This document shows positions 12,164 through 24,952 of a DNA stretch of 64,000 nt, one piece after another; the stretch's first letter is position 1; every line of letters starts with the position of its first letter. Position numbers and translations under genes: made by a program. The notes under the pieces are model-generated. The model was not told the DNA's origin, ran no database searches, and saw nothing but the letters and a program-made list of their open reading frames with translations. The DNA comes from Plasmodiophora brassicae (lineage: Eukaryota): NCBI GenBank assembly GCA_036867785.1, contig CP145413.1, positions 558,001-622,000 of the forward strand. The letters run 5' to 3'.

Positions 12164-15100
12164 ATGCGAACGGAGCCGATCTGGGCGGAGGACATCCCGG
12201 AGCGGGACGGCTCGCCGCCTGTCATCTACTCGATCGACTTCTCGCCGAACGGGTCCCGCCTGCTCGTCGCGATCGGCGCCCGCGTCCTCGTCTACGACAG
12301 CGACAATGGCGCCCTGATCCACTCGCTCAAAGGTGACAACCGGCCCACCCGCGCCCCTCCGTGTGCGACGACGCCCACGCTGAACGATGCACGCGGGCGC
12401 GCGCAGGGCACAAGAGCACCGTCTACAGTGTGGCGTACGCGTTCGACGGGTCTCAGTTCGCGTCGGGCAGCGCCGACAACAGCGTCATCATCTGGACCGA
12501 GAAGTGCGAAGGCATCCTCAAGTACTCGCACACGGAGCCCATCCAGTGCCTGGTACGCCCGCCCGCCTGCCTGTCGCCGGACAGCCGCCGTCCCAACTGA
12601 CGGGAACGCGCCCGATCAGGCGTACAACCCCAGCAAGCACCTGCTGGCATCGTGCACGGCCACCGATTTCGGGTTGTGGACGCCCGAACAGAAAGGTGGG
12701 GATCGGGTGAGCGCGCGCCGCATCTCGCCGCCGCTGACGGGTTTGGGCAGCCGTGCATAAGTACAAGGTGTCGTCGAAGGTCGTCAGCGCCGCCTGGACC
12801 CGGGATGGTTTGCACATCGCCCTGGGGCAGTACAACGGCCACGTCTCCATTCGGGACCGGCAGGTGCGTCGCTCCTTCCCGTGCCGGCAACCGTCGCTCA
12901 GGTTCGTGTCCAGGGCAACGAGAAGGCCAGGATCGAACGCAGTCAGCCGATCTGGTGTCTACAATGGTCGCCGGTGTCCAGCGAGGGGCTATCGACGCTC
13001 GTCGTCGGATGCTGGGACCAGACGTTGTCGTTCTGGCAGGTCAACGGCCAGCAGGTCGGCAAGGACCGCACACTGGGTACGTTTGTACGCCTCCATGTCG
13101 GCCTCTACAGGCGCGCACGTCGTTACCATTGATACGACCGGCGAACAGGGTTCGACCCGTGTTGTATCGACTACTTCTGCGATGGGGAATTCCTGCTGGT
13201 CGCCGGATCCAACCACGAGGTGTCGTTGCTGAACCGCGAAGGAGTCTACCTTGCTCCTGTCGCCACCGCCGCCAACTGGATCTGGACCTGCAGGCAACGC
13301 CCCACGACGAAACAGGTCGCGTTCGCGTCCAACGGAGGTGTGTGTGACACACGCAATGACCCGAGCGTGTCGCCCACGTCTGACCGGGGACCCTGTCAGG
13401 CGAGCTGGAACTCCACAAGGTCGTGTTCAACACGGTGCACGGCCTGTACCAGGACCGGTACGCGTACCGCGACGCGATGAGCGACGTCATCATCCAGCAC
13501 ATGATCACGGAGCAGAAGGTTCGCATACGGACGCGCGACTACGTCAGGAAGATCGCCATCTTCCGCGACCGGCTCGCCATCCAGCTCGCCGACCGCATCC
13601 TCATCTACGAGGCGTCCCTCACGGACGAGTTCGACATGCACTACAAGTCGGTGGTGGGCCTCCACGACGACGCCAGGTCCAAACGTACTAACACGTACGG
13701 CGCGCGCTCCACAGGCTACGCGACAAGATCATGAAGGAGCTTCGATGCAACCTGCTGGTCGTCACGACCTGCAACATTGTCCTCTGCCAGGAGCGCAAGC
13801 TCCAGCTCTACTCGTTCTCGGGAGATAAGATTCGCGAATGGGTCTTCGAATCCGTTATCCGGTACATCAAGGTCGGGATGGCGTCTGGCCGTCCGTCGGC
13901 TCCCCAGTTAGCGCCCTGAACGTCGTCGTCCGCAGATCGTGGGTGGCCCACCGGGCCGCGAGGGGCTCCTGATCGGGTTGAAGGACGGCAGCGTCGTGCA
14001 GATCTTCGTGGACAACAAGTTCCCGATTCAGCTCCTGCAGCATTCGGCCGCGATCCGCTGCCTGGACCTGTCGCCGTCCCGCAAGAAGATCGCCATCGTC
14101 GACGAGAACAGCACGGTACCCGTTCATCCTGCAACGCCGGGCATCGCTGCTGACAGACGCCGGTAGGTCCTGATCTACAATCTGGAGACGAAACGCGTCG
14201 TGTTCGACGACCAGAACGCGAACAGCGTCGCCTGGAACACGCAGATGGACGACATGTTCTGCTTCTCGGGGAACTCGCAGCTGAGCATCAAGACGGCGAA
14301 TTTCCCCGTCCACCGCCAGCGCCTGCAGGGGTTCGTCGTCGGCTTCAAAGGGTCGAAGGTCTTCTGCCTGCAGTACTCGGCAATGGTCACCATCGACGTG
14401 TTCCAGTCGGCGAGCATGTACTCGTACCTGTCGACGAACGACTGCAGGAACGCGTTCAAGGTCGCCTGCCTCGGCGTGACGGAGGAGGACTGGCGCGCCC
14501 TGGCCCTGCACTCGTTGTCGTCGCTCGAGCTGGACATTGCCCGGAAATCGTTCATTCGCCTGCGGGACATCGCGTACACGCAGCTGATCAACCAGATCGC
14601 CATCGCGTCCCGGGCGCCCAACTACGATCGGAGCGCGTTCGTCGGCGAGATCCTCGCCTACCAGGGCAGGTTCGCCGAAGCCGGCGACCTGTTCTGCAAG
14701 AACGGCCACTACCGGCGCGCCATGGAGATGTACCTCGACCTGCGGGACTGGGCCCGCGCCAAGGACATCATGGAACGCTATGGGCAGCAGGACGGCGGCG
14801 GCATGGACATGGCACAGCTGCTCAAACGGGAAGCCAGCTGGCTGCTCGAAGGTACACGCACGGGCCGGGGGCGTTGGAGATGCCGACAATCACACACCAA
14901 ACGGCGTTGCTCTCTGTTCAGGGAACGACGAGAAGGTGGCCGCCGATGTGTACTGGGCCGCCAAGGAGTACGACACGTCGATGGACATCCTGGCACGACG
15001 GGGATGGCTGGACGACCTGGTCGACAAAGTGCGCCGCCTGAGCAGCCTGGAGCGCGACGCGCTGCAGAAGGTGCGGCGTCGTTGCGCATGCGTAACCGCG

Positions 15101-16862
15101 CGGCGGTCTCTGAGTCACAAACACATTGTCAGGCGGCGAACCTGTTCCGGGAGAAGGGCCAGTACGACTATGCGCGGGAGACGTACCTGCGCCTGGACGA
15201 TATCAAGTCGCTCATGGCGCTGTGCGTCCAGTCGCAGAACTGGGACATGGCGATGGGTAACGCGTCGCGTGTGCGCCGCCCGACCGCTCGGCTGACCGTC
15301 GCGACCCTAGACATGGTGAAGCAGTACCCGGAGCACGCCATCGAGATCTACCTGCCGTACGCGCAGTGGCTGGCCATCAACGACCGGTTCGACGAGGCGC
15401 AGGAGGCGTTCGCGTTGGCGGGTCGCCCGGACGAGGCCGCCCGCATGCTGACGCAGCTGACGTCGAACGCGCTGAACGAGAAGCGGTTCACGGACGCGGC
15501 GTACTACTTCCGGCAGACGGCCATCGAGAACCTGCTGAACCATCCGCCGCAGATGGCCGACTTCGAGGCCAACCACAACAGCTCGGTCATCTACTACGCG
15601 TACGACAACGTGCACCGGTTCGCGTCGGAACCCTTCACAACGCTGTCACCCGAGACCATCTTCTTCAGCGCCGTTTTCGTCCTCAATATGCAGGGCCTCC
15701 ACGCCGATGCTGAAGGTCTGGAACAACAGGGTCGCTGACGTCGGCACCGCATCCTGAGTCGACGGTGCCCAGGAACACGGCCGTTCATCTCGCATTACGT
15801 CCTGCTGTCAACGGTTGCAAAGATGGCCGTGCGACTCGAGGTCCGCGTGGCCCTCCCTGCCCTGCATCGGAATATCGTCGTCCTAACGTCGCCACAGGCG
15901 TACAAGCTGGCGCGGCAGTGCTACGACCTGTTGCAGACGCTGAAGGTACCGGACGCGCAACGGGAGGCCATCGACCTGGCCACGTTGCTGGTCCGCGCGA
16001 AACCCTTCACCGACCGGGCCGACCTGCTGCCCGTCTGCTACCGGTGCTCGACGAAGAACAACCTGCTGTCCCCGGGCGACCGGTGCTCGAACTGCCAGCA
16101 CGAGTTCGTGCGGGCAGCGTGCTCCTTCGAGGTGTTGCCCCTCGTTGAGTTCAAGGTACGGTGCTGTGCCGCCTGCTGGGCGAAGCGTGCGTCGCTGAAC
16201 GTGTGGCAGCTGGCCGATGGCATCTCCCATAAGGAGGCCATGGCGATGTTGGACACGTCGGATGTCAGGTCGGCCGTGTAACCATACCCTGTGAGCGCGC
16301 CCGCAGGGTCTAATACGACGCGCGCAGGGCGGAGGAACGACCCGACGACGCGGATGCGTCCGGGGTCACCGACGGCGACGCCAACGTGCTGAGCCTGGAT
16401 TCGATGGCGGGCGGCGACCGCAACGATGGCGATGACGACGCAGGGGACGACCCGTTCATTCAGCAGCTGATCAGTATCCAGCAGCGGATCGACGGGAAGT
16501 ACCCGGTGCGTGCCGCGCGCGTCAACGCACCGGGGCGCGCCCTAACCCGGTGTGCTCCCGCGCAGGACCTGGTCGTGTCGCGGCAGACGCTGCAGGCGAT
16601 GCGACGATCGCAGGTCTGGGTTGCCGGGGTCGACGCCGACCTCGGCCCGCTGCGGTACTACCGGTGCGTGATCCCGGGCGTCGCCCTGATGCAGTGCCAG
16701 GCCTGCCGTCGCATCTTCAACGAGGACGCCTTCGAGTTCGCCGTCCTGCGGTCCGGCTCCTGCCCGTTCTGCCGCGTCGCCATTGACCCGCGAACCGGAC
16801 GCCCGATCCGGAAACAGATCGCCGCGCCAGGGTCGTCGTCGTCGTCGCCCGGCCGCTCATAA
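12164..16862 (+). CDS. IFT122: Intraflagellar transport protein 122 (IFT-A, WD40 + TPR-like)
   Basis: [24 protein letters not shown]…[40 protein letters not shown]…[36 protein letters not shown]-terminal CPFCR; many introns. Confidence 0.97.
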
Positions 16863-16900
16863 ACGCCTTCACGTCCATGTTTATGGCAAGGGGATGCCCG

Positions 16901-17853
16901 CTACAGGTACAGGTCGGGGTTGTGCGGGCCGCCGAACACCAGCGCCCATTCCGCAGGCGTCTGCCAGTCGATTCGCCTGCGTTCCTCGTCGTCGTCGTCG
17001 CCCTGCAGCCGACCGACGAGTCGCATGACGCGCCCGGCGTGCTGCAGGCCGTCGATCGCATTGTCGCCCTCGTCGACAACGGCGAGCAGCGCGGCGACTT
17101 CCAGGTCCCTGGCCTGGCAGGCGGCGAACAGCTGCCGAGCGCAGCCAGTCCCGACCGCCGGCAGCGCCCAGGCGTCCATGTCCCCGTCGTCCGGCTGCAG
17201 GTGCTCGAACAGGTCGGGCGAGACGCGCGCCCACTGCAACTTGGAGATCGCCAGGTCCGACGAGCTCGCGGGCGGCGACGCGGCGCAGACGACCTGACCG
17301 CCGCCGGACTGGAGATCCCGGTCGGCGCGACGGTACGCCGGCGTGCTCCCGACCAGGATCACACGTCGGGCGCCGGCGCACGCCAGCCACTCAGCAACGC
17401 GCTGGCCGAACTCGTCGTGCAGGTCCTGTGGGCCAACGCGCGGGTTAGGCATGCGACGACACCGACTACTACGCGGGGCGGACCTCGATCACGGGCGAAC
17501 GCTGCTGGACGACCGCGACGCGTTCCCCATGGGACACGAACAGCTCCAGGGCGAACGTCAGGTCGACGGAGCGCTCGCGCGTCTGCCGGTACCCGACCAG
17601 CGGGACGACGGCCGGGTCGGACAGGACGCCGACCTTCTCGAACCCGAGCGCCTCCGTCGCGATCAGCACGTCGACGCACAGCTGCCCGACGTTGCCGACG
17701 CTGACCACGGGCTGGCGAACGCACACACACAGAGGTCAGCAAACCAAGAACACGAGAGCGGGGAGGGGGCGCGCGGGCCCATACCCAGACGAAGGTGTAC
17801 CCGCGCAGGCCGCCCAGGGCGTTGACGACGCCCCCGTCGCCGACGAGTGCCAT
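16901..17853 (-). CDS. PSMG2: Proteasome assembly chaperone 2 (PAC2)
   Basis: PVVSVGNVGQLCVDVLI, ELFV…VVQQRSPV, EGDN…, WQTPAEW..VFG; 2 introns. Confidence 0.9.
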
Positions 17854-17939
17854 GGACTGCGCGACTGCAACGCGCAGTGTCGCCGTCGTCGTCGATGCCG
17901 CGCGGACTTGCGACCTGCGGAGCGACGACGGGGCGGCGC

Positions 17940-20117
17940 ATGGAGATCGATGCCGGCGGCGACGCCGTCGACGTCGTCACGCTCGTGCAGGACGAGATCG
18001 AGGCGGTGGACGCGCGCATCGCCGAGCTGGCCAATGCGCCCGAGGTGCGCCTGCCGCGCGGCGCGATGTCGGCGCTGACGCCGCTGTCGCTGCCGCCGGA
18101 CGAGGCCGTCGCCGAGCTCGGCGACCTGCGCGCCCAGCGCACCGTCTGGGCGCTCCTGTCGATCATCGCCGGCGAGATCGGCCCGCCCGACGACGCCGCC
18201 GCCGCGGCTGGGGAGGCGCGCGTGTCGCACCGCGCCCTGCTCGAGCGCGTCATCGGCGCGTCGCACGACCTGCGCCGGTGCCGGTCGATCAGCGCCTGGT
18301 CGGAGCTGTGCCACCGGCACGCCGACCCGGACGCCGTCCCGCTCGACTGGCCGAACCCGTTCCAGCACACGTTGGCGTCGTCGTCGTCGTCGGCCCCGGT
18401 CGACCCCGAGCGCGAGCGCGACGCGCACGCCGACGACGCGGCGACGGCGACCCGGTTCTGGCGCGCCGTCTGGCGCCTGGTCGTCGCCGGGCGCCTGTAC
18501 GAGGGCGACGAGGCGAACGGCGTCCCGTCCGTCATGCAGGTGTGCCAGGCGAGCGGGCGGGACCACCTGGCGTGCAGCCTGGCGGGCGGGCTCCCCTACC
18601 ACAGCACGGGCGACGACGCCGAGGGCAACCCGCACCGCTGGCTGTGGCGGTCGGCGTGTCGTGCGGCCGCCGACGCCGACGGCGCGTCCGTCTGGGAGCG
18701 CGCCGTCTATGGCGTGCTGGGCGGGCAGGCGCGCGCCGCCCTGCCCGCCTGCTCGACGTGGATGGAGTGCCTGTGGGCCACGTCGACCTGCGCCCTGATC
18801 CTGGCGTCCGACGCCGCTCTGCACGACGCGCTGGCGAGGACGATGGACGGGCGCGTCAGCGAGCCGCTGGACGACGAGCGGTGGGTGATGCGCCCGCGCC
18901 CCTTCACGATGCGCGCCCTGGTCGACGACAGCAACGCGGCGTACGCCCAGGGGCACCCGGGCGCCAAACCGGACGCCTACCGTCGCATCGTCTGCCACAT
19001 CGTGCTGGACGACCGGCAGGCGCTGTTCGACGACCTGTACGAGACGATGACGGGCCAGGGCGGCGACGGCGACGTGCACGCGCCGTCCTACATTGAGTTC
19101 GCCGCGCGCCTCTACCAGATCCTGTCGGACGAGCCCGAGGCGGACGCGCACAACGCCCGCATCCTGGTCGAGTTCATCCGGTACCTGAGCCGGACGCGCG
19201 ACCTGCACCACCGGATCCCGGCCGTGATGCTGTCGCTGCCCGACGACGTCCGCGTCCGCGAGTACGCCGCCGTCCTGCGGGCCTGCGTCGACGAGGCGAC
19301 GCGGCGCTGGTTCCTGGAGCAGGCGCAGCGCCTGTTCCCGAGGGAGACCGTCGCCCGCATCCGGACGGCGCTGCTCGACCTGGTCGTGCCCGGCGACGAC
19401 GCCAGGAGCGTCGACGACCTGATCGCGTGCCAGGCCCTGGACCCGCTGGCCGCCGTCCGCCAGGCGAACGTGTTCTTCAGGGACCTGCTCGCGCGCGACC
19501 TGCTCGACGACGCCGTTCGCCTGAACGCCGCCCTGGTTCGCGACGCGTCCGTCGACGCCGGCGACGACGACCGCGAGCTGATGGCGTGGTCGGCCCTGGT
19601 CAAGGCGCGGTCCAAGATCGTCGACCTGCAGAGGTACGTCGTGCTGTGTGTTCGTGTGTGTGTGTGGTCGGCCCAGACGTGCTGAACGGCGCGCGTTTAA
19701 CGGTGCAGGTTCCTGTCGAAACGGTACGACGTCGGCGATGCCCTGGATCGCCTACAGTTTGGCGACACGGGCGCGAACTGGGAGCAGATGCGCGCGTCGT
19801 TCTTCGACATTGCGCGTCGGTCGACGCTGGCCGTCGTCCGGTTCGAGGGCGGCTGGATGCGGTTCGCGGACGCCGACCGGGACGCGCGCCTGGCGCCGCT
19901 CCGGCGCAAGTGCCTGCCCGACCTGGTCGCGCGCCTGTTCGCGGCCTGCGAGCTCATGGGCACGGCCGACAGCAACGGCGCCTGCCTGGACGTTTGCGCA
20001 GCCGTCTCCGAAGATGAGACGCGCGCGTACCAGGCATTCGACCGCGACAGCCTGTGCAACCTGCTGCACTCGACTCGCAACGCCTTCCTCAGGTACGCAG
20101 CGACCATCGCCTGCTAA
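17940..20117 (+). CDS. NUP107: Nucleoporin Nup107/Nup84-like
   Basis: FWRAVWRLVVAG…GNPHRWLWRSAC…WERAVYGVLGG…LPACSTWMECLWA; C-terminal GGWM…LRRKCLPDL…CLDVCAAVSEDETRAYQAF; one intron ~19634-19708. Confidence 0.8.
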
Positions 20118-20483
20118 ATCCACATAGAACACTGCCTCTCTGCAACGCATCGTCGTGTCGTTCTTTGCTCCGGTGAATCGCAGAAGGTGACGGGCGCTAC
20201 GTCGTCGTCTGCGGTGGATGCCCCCTCGCACTCCTGCGCCGATTAGTCGTTGGTGGTAGGCGGCGTTGAACCGGTACCAGCGTGCCGCTGCACGTGGCCG
20301 GCACCGCGAGACGCGGTTAGAGCGTCATGGCACCCCGATGCGCGTATGCGAACCATTTGGATCGTTCGCGGGTCGGCCGCTGGTTCGTGCATGAGTCCGG
20401 CCATACCCGAAACTGAACGGAGCGGGCCGTGGCACACATTGATGCATCCATTGATATTGTATAGGGTTCGGTCCTCCCGCGCG

Positions 20484-21741
20484 TCATGAGGTGTCGGCCG
20501 CCGCGTGCAACGACGCGACTGGTGCAATGCCGACCTGGTGCTTCGCTGGGTAAAACACCGTGTAGTACTTGGCCAGGAACAGGTCGCCGAGGATGAACGC
20601 CGGCGCGTCGATCCTGGTGAGGTCTATGGCCGCCCATCCGATCCCGCAGAGCAGGTCTAGACTCGCGTAACGTCAGCGTGCGCATCTGCGCCATCGGACG
20701 CGCCGTGCCCCGTTTCCGACCTTCACAGAGCACGTAGTGTTCGCCGCCGAACGCGTACTCCTTGCCGCCAATCGTGAACACCAGCTGGGGCAGGCGGCTG
20801 ACGATGGCGGCGTTGTCGTGCGGCAATGCCTCGACGATGGCCATGACGACATCGTCAGGCGCCGCGAACGCAGTACTGCCTGAGTCCAGGACGCCAGCGC
20901 ACGGCGCCTCGTCGCTACAGGCGCCCGTGTCGACGCCATCGACCGTGAACCGGGTAATCTCCACGATCCAGTACCCGGGATCGGTGGCCACCGGCACCAT
21001 GTGCAGGTCGCCCGTGTACAAGCGGTCGTCGGCCTGCCCGAATATGATCTCGCTCCTGCGGACGCCTTCGTCGGCCGAGAAGTAGAAGGAGAATTGCAGG
21101 TCAGGCAGCAGGCCTTGGTCGATCATCGAGTAGACCAGCGGCTTGTTCCGGTCGTACGACTTCTTGCCGGCGAACGCCGACAGCTGCCTCAGGGACATGC
21201 CGACGATGCCGTCCAGGACGCCGTTCCTGAACGCGCTGCCCTGCTCGTCCTCGATCAGGCCGCACAGCTGGTGCTTGACGACCAGGCCGGGCGCCAACGT
21301 GATCGACTCGTACGCGAGCGGGCCGTGCACGGACCCGGATCCGTACCGGACCGACATCTTCATGCCAGCCTGGACGAACGTCGACGACCGCTCGGGGGTG
21401 AACCATTGACGCTCCTGCATGCAGGTCAACGCCTGGCAGTGCGACGACGAGACCCACAGCTCGGAGGACCCGGTGTCGAACACGACGTTCACCGGTTGCG
21501 GCGGCGTCCCGACCTGGATCTCGGCCAGGAACTCGTTGATCGATGAGGCCGACAGCTCGATGTCGAACGCAGGCGCGCGACTCTTGCGCTTCAGCCCGTC
21601 GTGATGGTCGCGCAGGTTGCGAATGTACTGCAGGCGTCGCTCGGTCGAATGCGACCGCTGCAAACCGACCCGCTGGCGAACGCCATCGGATCCTACGCAC
21701 AGCAGTGCGGCAACGATGAAGAGCTTCGCGAAGGCCGTCAT
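20484..21741 (-). CDS. Secreted pepsin-like (A1) aspartic protease
   Basis: Signal peptide MTAFAKLFIVAALLCVG; catalytic DTGSS and DSGST; flap YGSG; C-terminal FILGDLFLAKYYTVF after one intron. Confidence 0.93.
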
Positions 21742-21864
21742 CGGCGACGAACCGTGCCGACACCGGCACCACTCTCTGTACGGTACTCGATCGAAACGGC
21801 CAAGGATGCCTGTCGCCGCCACTGACGTGCAGCACGTTGAACCGTCCAGGTGGAGTTCATTTGC

Positions 21865-24045
21865 TTATCGGACTGCGACATGGACAGCAGGACGGAACCC
21901 TGCCTGGTAGTCGTCGTCGAGGTTGCTGAAGTAGTTCTCCTCGCGATCGTACGCGAGTTCGCCGGCGACGTACGTCTGGCGAACGGTGCGATCGTTGGCG
22001 ACCGTCATCGCGCCGAACAGGGCGTTGGCGATGTAGGCGACGTCTTCCGCTGCGTGTGGCTCGCGACGCCTGAGCACGTCGAGGCGGCGGCGAAGAATGG
22101 GTGACGATGCCAGGTCGAGAACAACAAAATCAGCCTCCTTGCCGGTTGCAAAGTTACCGACGAATGAATCGAGGCGAAGTTGAGACGCGGTCCCCAGGGT
22201 TAGGAGGTACAACTGCTTGAGCGGCGACAGGCGGTAGGACGTCTTGCCAGGGATGAAGTATTCACGTGGCAGGCTCCAGTTCCCGTTGAATGGGTGCGAC
22301 ACGTCCTGCGGGTCGTTCGCGAACTCGTACTCGTTTGAGAGTGCAACCTTGTAGGCCTCCACCATTCAGCCGTTAACAACATGTTTGTGGTTGCCGCCGG
22401 GAACCATGTGCATACCTCCCCCATCGTCGCTAGTAGCTCAAAACTGGTACCCGCTCCGACTGCACGTAATGGTCACCTCGACCTCGCTTGTAAGCAATGC
22501 GCAGGCGGACCCACCGTCAGTTCCGACTCCGAATTCAACGTCTTGTGCAACGGCTTCGCCCATGTTGAACAATCCACTGCCCAAGAACAAGTTTGACGTC
22601 GGGCAATGACACACGGTGGACTGGGTCCGTCGCAGGAGTTCGTAATCGCGAGGAGTTAGGTCTGTGTGTTTGAGGAATTGCGTCACGATCCGAGGTGACC
22701 CTAGCAAATCATGCAGAGGGCCTTACGAATCGTGTGAGCGAAGCTTGTCCGAGGCGTCAGCAGCCCGTAGTGATTCCATATCTCGGTCTGCGTCACGTAG
22801 GCATCTATTTGATGATACTCTCTGGAGCCGGGCCCGTATCGGTCAAGTGCCATCTTCTTGAAATCATGAACGCTGGCAACAGCGACCTGCAATAGGGGGC
22901 GATTAGTGTGCGCGAACGAATATGAAGTAAATCTTCGTGGAACACCAACACAGACCTCTAGGTTCTCGGCCAGGTGCGTGTGGAAACGCATGTCGGGGAA
23001 TTCTTCAACAAGACGCTCCCACATCTCCATTGATGCAGGCGTTTCTGTGGTCAGAAACCTAGTTTGTGCCTGTTAGTCGGCGAAAGTGACAATGCACGAC
23101 AGCAGGACCTCGGAACAAGAGCGAGCATGAGGCGCCGGGATCCGCTAAATCGCGAATGCAGCCTCCGAACAGATCGCTCGATGACTGTGGCCGCCCGCGA
23201 CCCATCCTTGTCGTCAAATCGCATGCTGTTGCACATCGGGACGTTGTGCCCGTTGATGTCCGTAAAGTTGACCGCGGCCTGGCAGTTGGCCATTCCCGTT
23301 ATGCCGGATATAATTCGCATGTTACGCCGCTCCCCCTCTTCCAGAACGGCGGACGCTGCTTCTTCAAACATGGCGTTGAAGATGAACGCTGACGTGGTCC
23401 CGGACCGCACAAGCTGGTTGAAGAATCGACGCGAGCTCGAAGCCGCAAACTGCGCCGCTTGATACTTTGCCTCACTGAAGAACGTGTACTCCATCAGCCA
23501 GTCCTGCAAACTGTCTCCGTAGCTTGCAATCATGCTGAGGCAAACCCACAGTCAGTACCTGATGACGAAATGACTCTCGACGCACGTATGCGTACTCGAT
23601 TTGTGGAGCGTGCGTGTGACAGTCGACAAAGCTAGGGCCATTGTCAAATCTCAGGAACGATTAATTACAGGCCATTGGCCACAAACCCAGGAGTTATCAG
23701 ATGGTCGTCGTCAAACTCGACAATGTCGGCGTCAGGGAACTGTCGTTTCAATGGTACGTATTCGCCGACAGCGACGACTTTCCCCGAATCAACAACGAGC
23801 ATTCCATCCGGGAAGTACTGTACAGCGTCCAGATCGCACTGGTCCTATCAGATCGGGGGCAAGACCCCCCGTCAGTCACCAGCACCGTGTCGGACGACAT
23901 GCGCACCCCCAACCGGATCACCCTGGCAGTCGAACGGGTTCGCAATGAAATGCGCCACATGGCCACGATATCCACGACGGGCGCCCGCGGCAACGCCCAC
24001 GACGACGACCGCGACGACGAGCGCAGGTCGCAGCAGCAATGGCAT
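21865..24045 (-). CDS. GDA: Guanine deaminase (amidohydrolase family) with N-terminal signal-like peptide
   Basis: PGFVDCHTHAPQID (HxH), SYGDSLQDWLMEYTF, GTTSA, HTHLAEN, HCPTSNLFLGSGLF, GVGTDGG, GNFATGKEADFVVLD; multi-intron. Confidence 0.88.
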
Positions 24046-24348
24046 CGCCCTGCACACCCCAAAATGACAAATGAAGGCCTCTCATCAGTCTCCCACGATG
24101 GCGGCGACAGTGCCGACACTGGCGACGCGCCCCATGTTTCCAAAATAGGGGCCCGCTTTGGTCCCGTCGGAGCCAGCACGTGCCGGGGCTGCACCCAAAT
24201 CTGGATGCCAGCCACTGAGACGCCCAAATCCGGCAATCCCCGTCAGGCGTCAGGGGGGGGCTCTCGGCTCGGTGTTTTTGGAGAAACTGCGTTCTGGCGG
24301 TGGGTCTCAATTGTGGGCACGACGTCGCCGGTCCTCGAAGCAGGGTGG

Positions 24349-24741
24349 ATGAGCACGGGCGCGGGCGACGATATGAAACCCGTCGTCCCGGGCGAGCCGC
24401 TGGTCGTCACCCAGTTCGCGCAAGCCGTCTACGACCTGTGCAAGGGCATTCCGCCCGGATCCGTGTCGACCTACGGGCGGATCGCGGCCATCCTGCACAG
24501 CAGTCCGCGCGCCGTCGGCTCTGCCCTGCGGCGGAATCCGTACGCGCCGATCGTCCCCTGCCACCGCGTCGTCAAGACCGACCTGACACTCGGCGGGTTC
24601 AAGGGCGCCAACGACGATGGCCACCTGAGGCAGAAACGGTCCCTGCTTGAGAACGAGGGCGTCCGGTTCGAAGGCGACCGCGTCCGCCCCGAATGCCTCT
24701 GGGAGCCGCATGCCAAGATGCTGGCATTGGCCACTAAATAG
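24349..24741 (+). CDS. MGMT: O6-alkylguanine-DNA alkyltransferase, single-domain form
   Basis: IPPGSVSTYGRIA…SPRAVGSALRRNP…VPCHRVV…LLENEG; active-site PCHR intact. Confidence 0.9.
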   Translation: MSTGAGDDMKPVVPGEPLVVTQFAQAVYDLCKGIPPGSVSTYGRIAAILHSSPRAVGSALRRNPYAPIVPCHRVVKTDLTLGGFKGANDDGHLRQKRSLLENEGVRFEGDRVRPECLWEPHAKMLALATK

Positions 24742-24952
24742 CGGGGTTCGTTACTACAAGTACAGACATTACAGGTAGGTATGGATTCATGCCGGCTTGT
24801 ATCGGCGTTTCGGCAACAACATGACGTCGTGGAGCCCGCGCGGATTGCTTCGGCCAGTCGAGGAGACGCGTCACGTGACCACGTTGCTTGCGAAGGCTGT
24901 GCCGCGCGGTACTGTATCGATCGGGAAGTCGTCGCTGTCGACGCCCGCCCGC

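Noticed and set aside
23701-24348. 346-aa ORF suggesting a long N-terminal extension on MGMT
   Set aside because: The extension is antisense to guanine deaminase exons and has no ATG context evidence; MGMT more plausibly starts at 24349 or 24372
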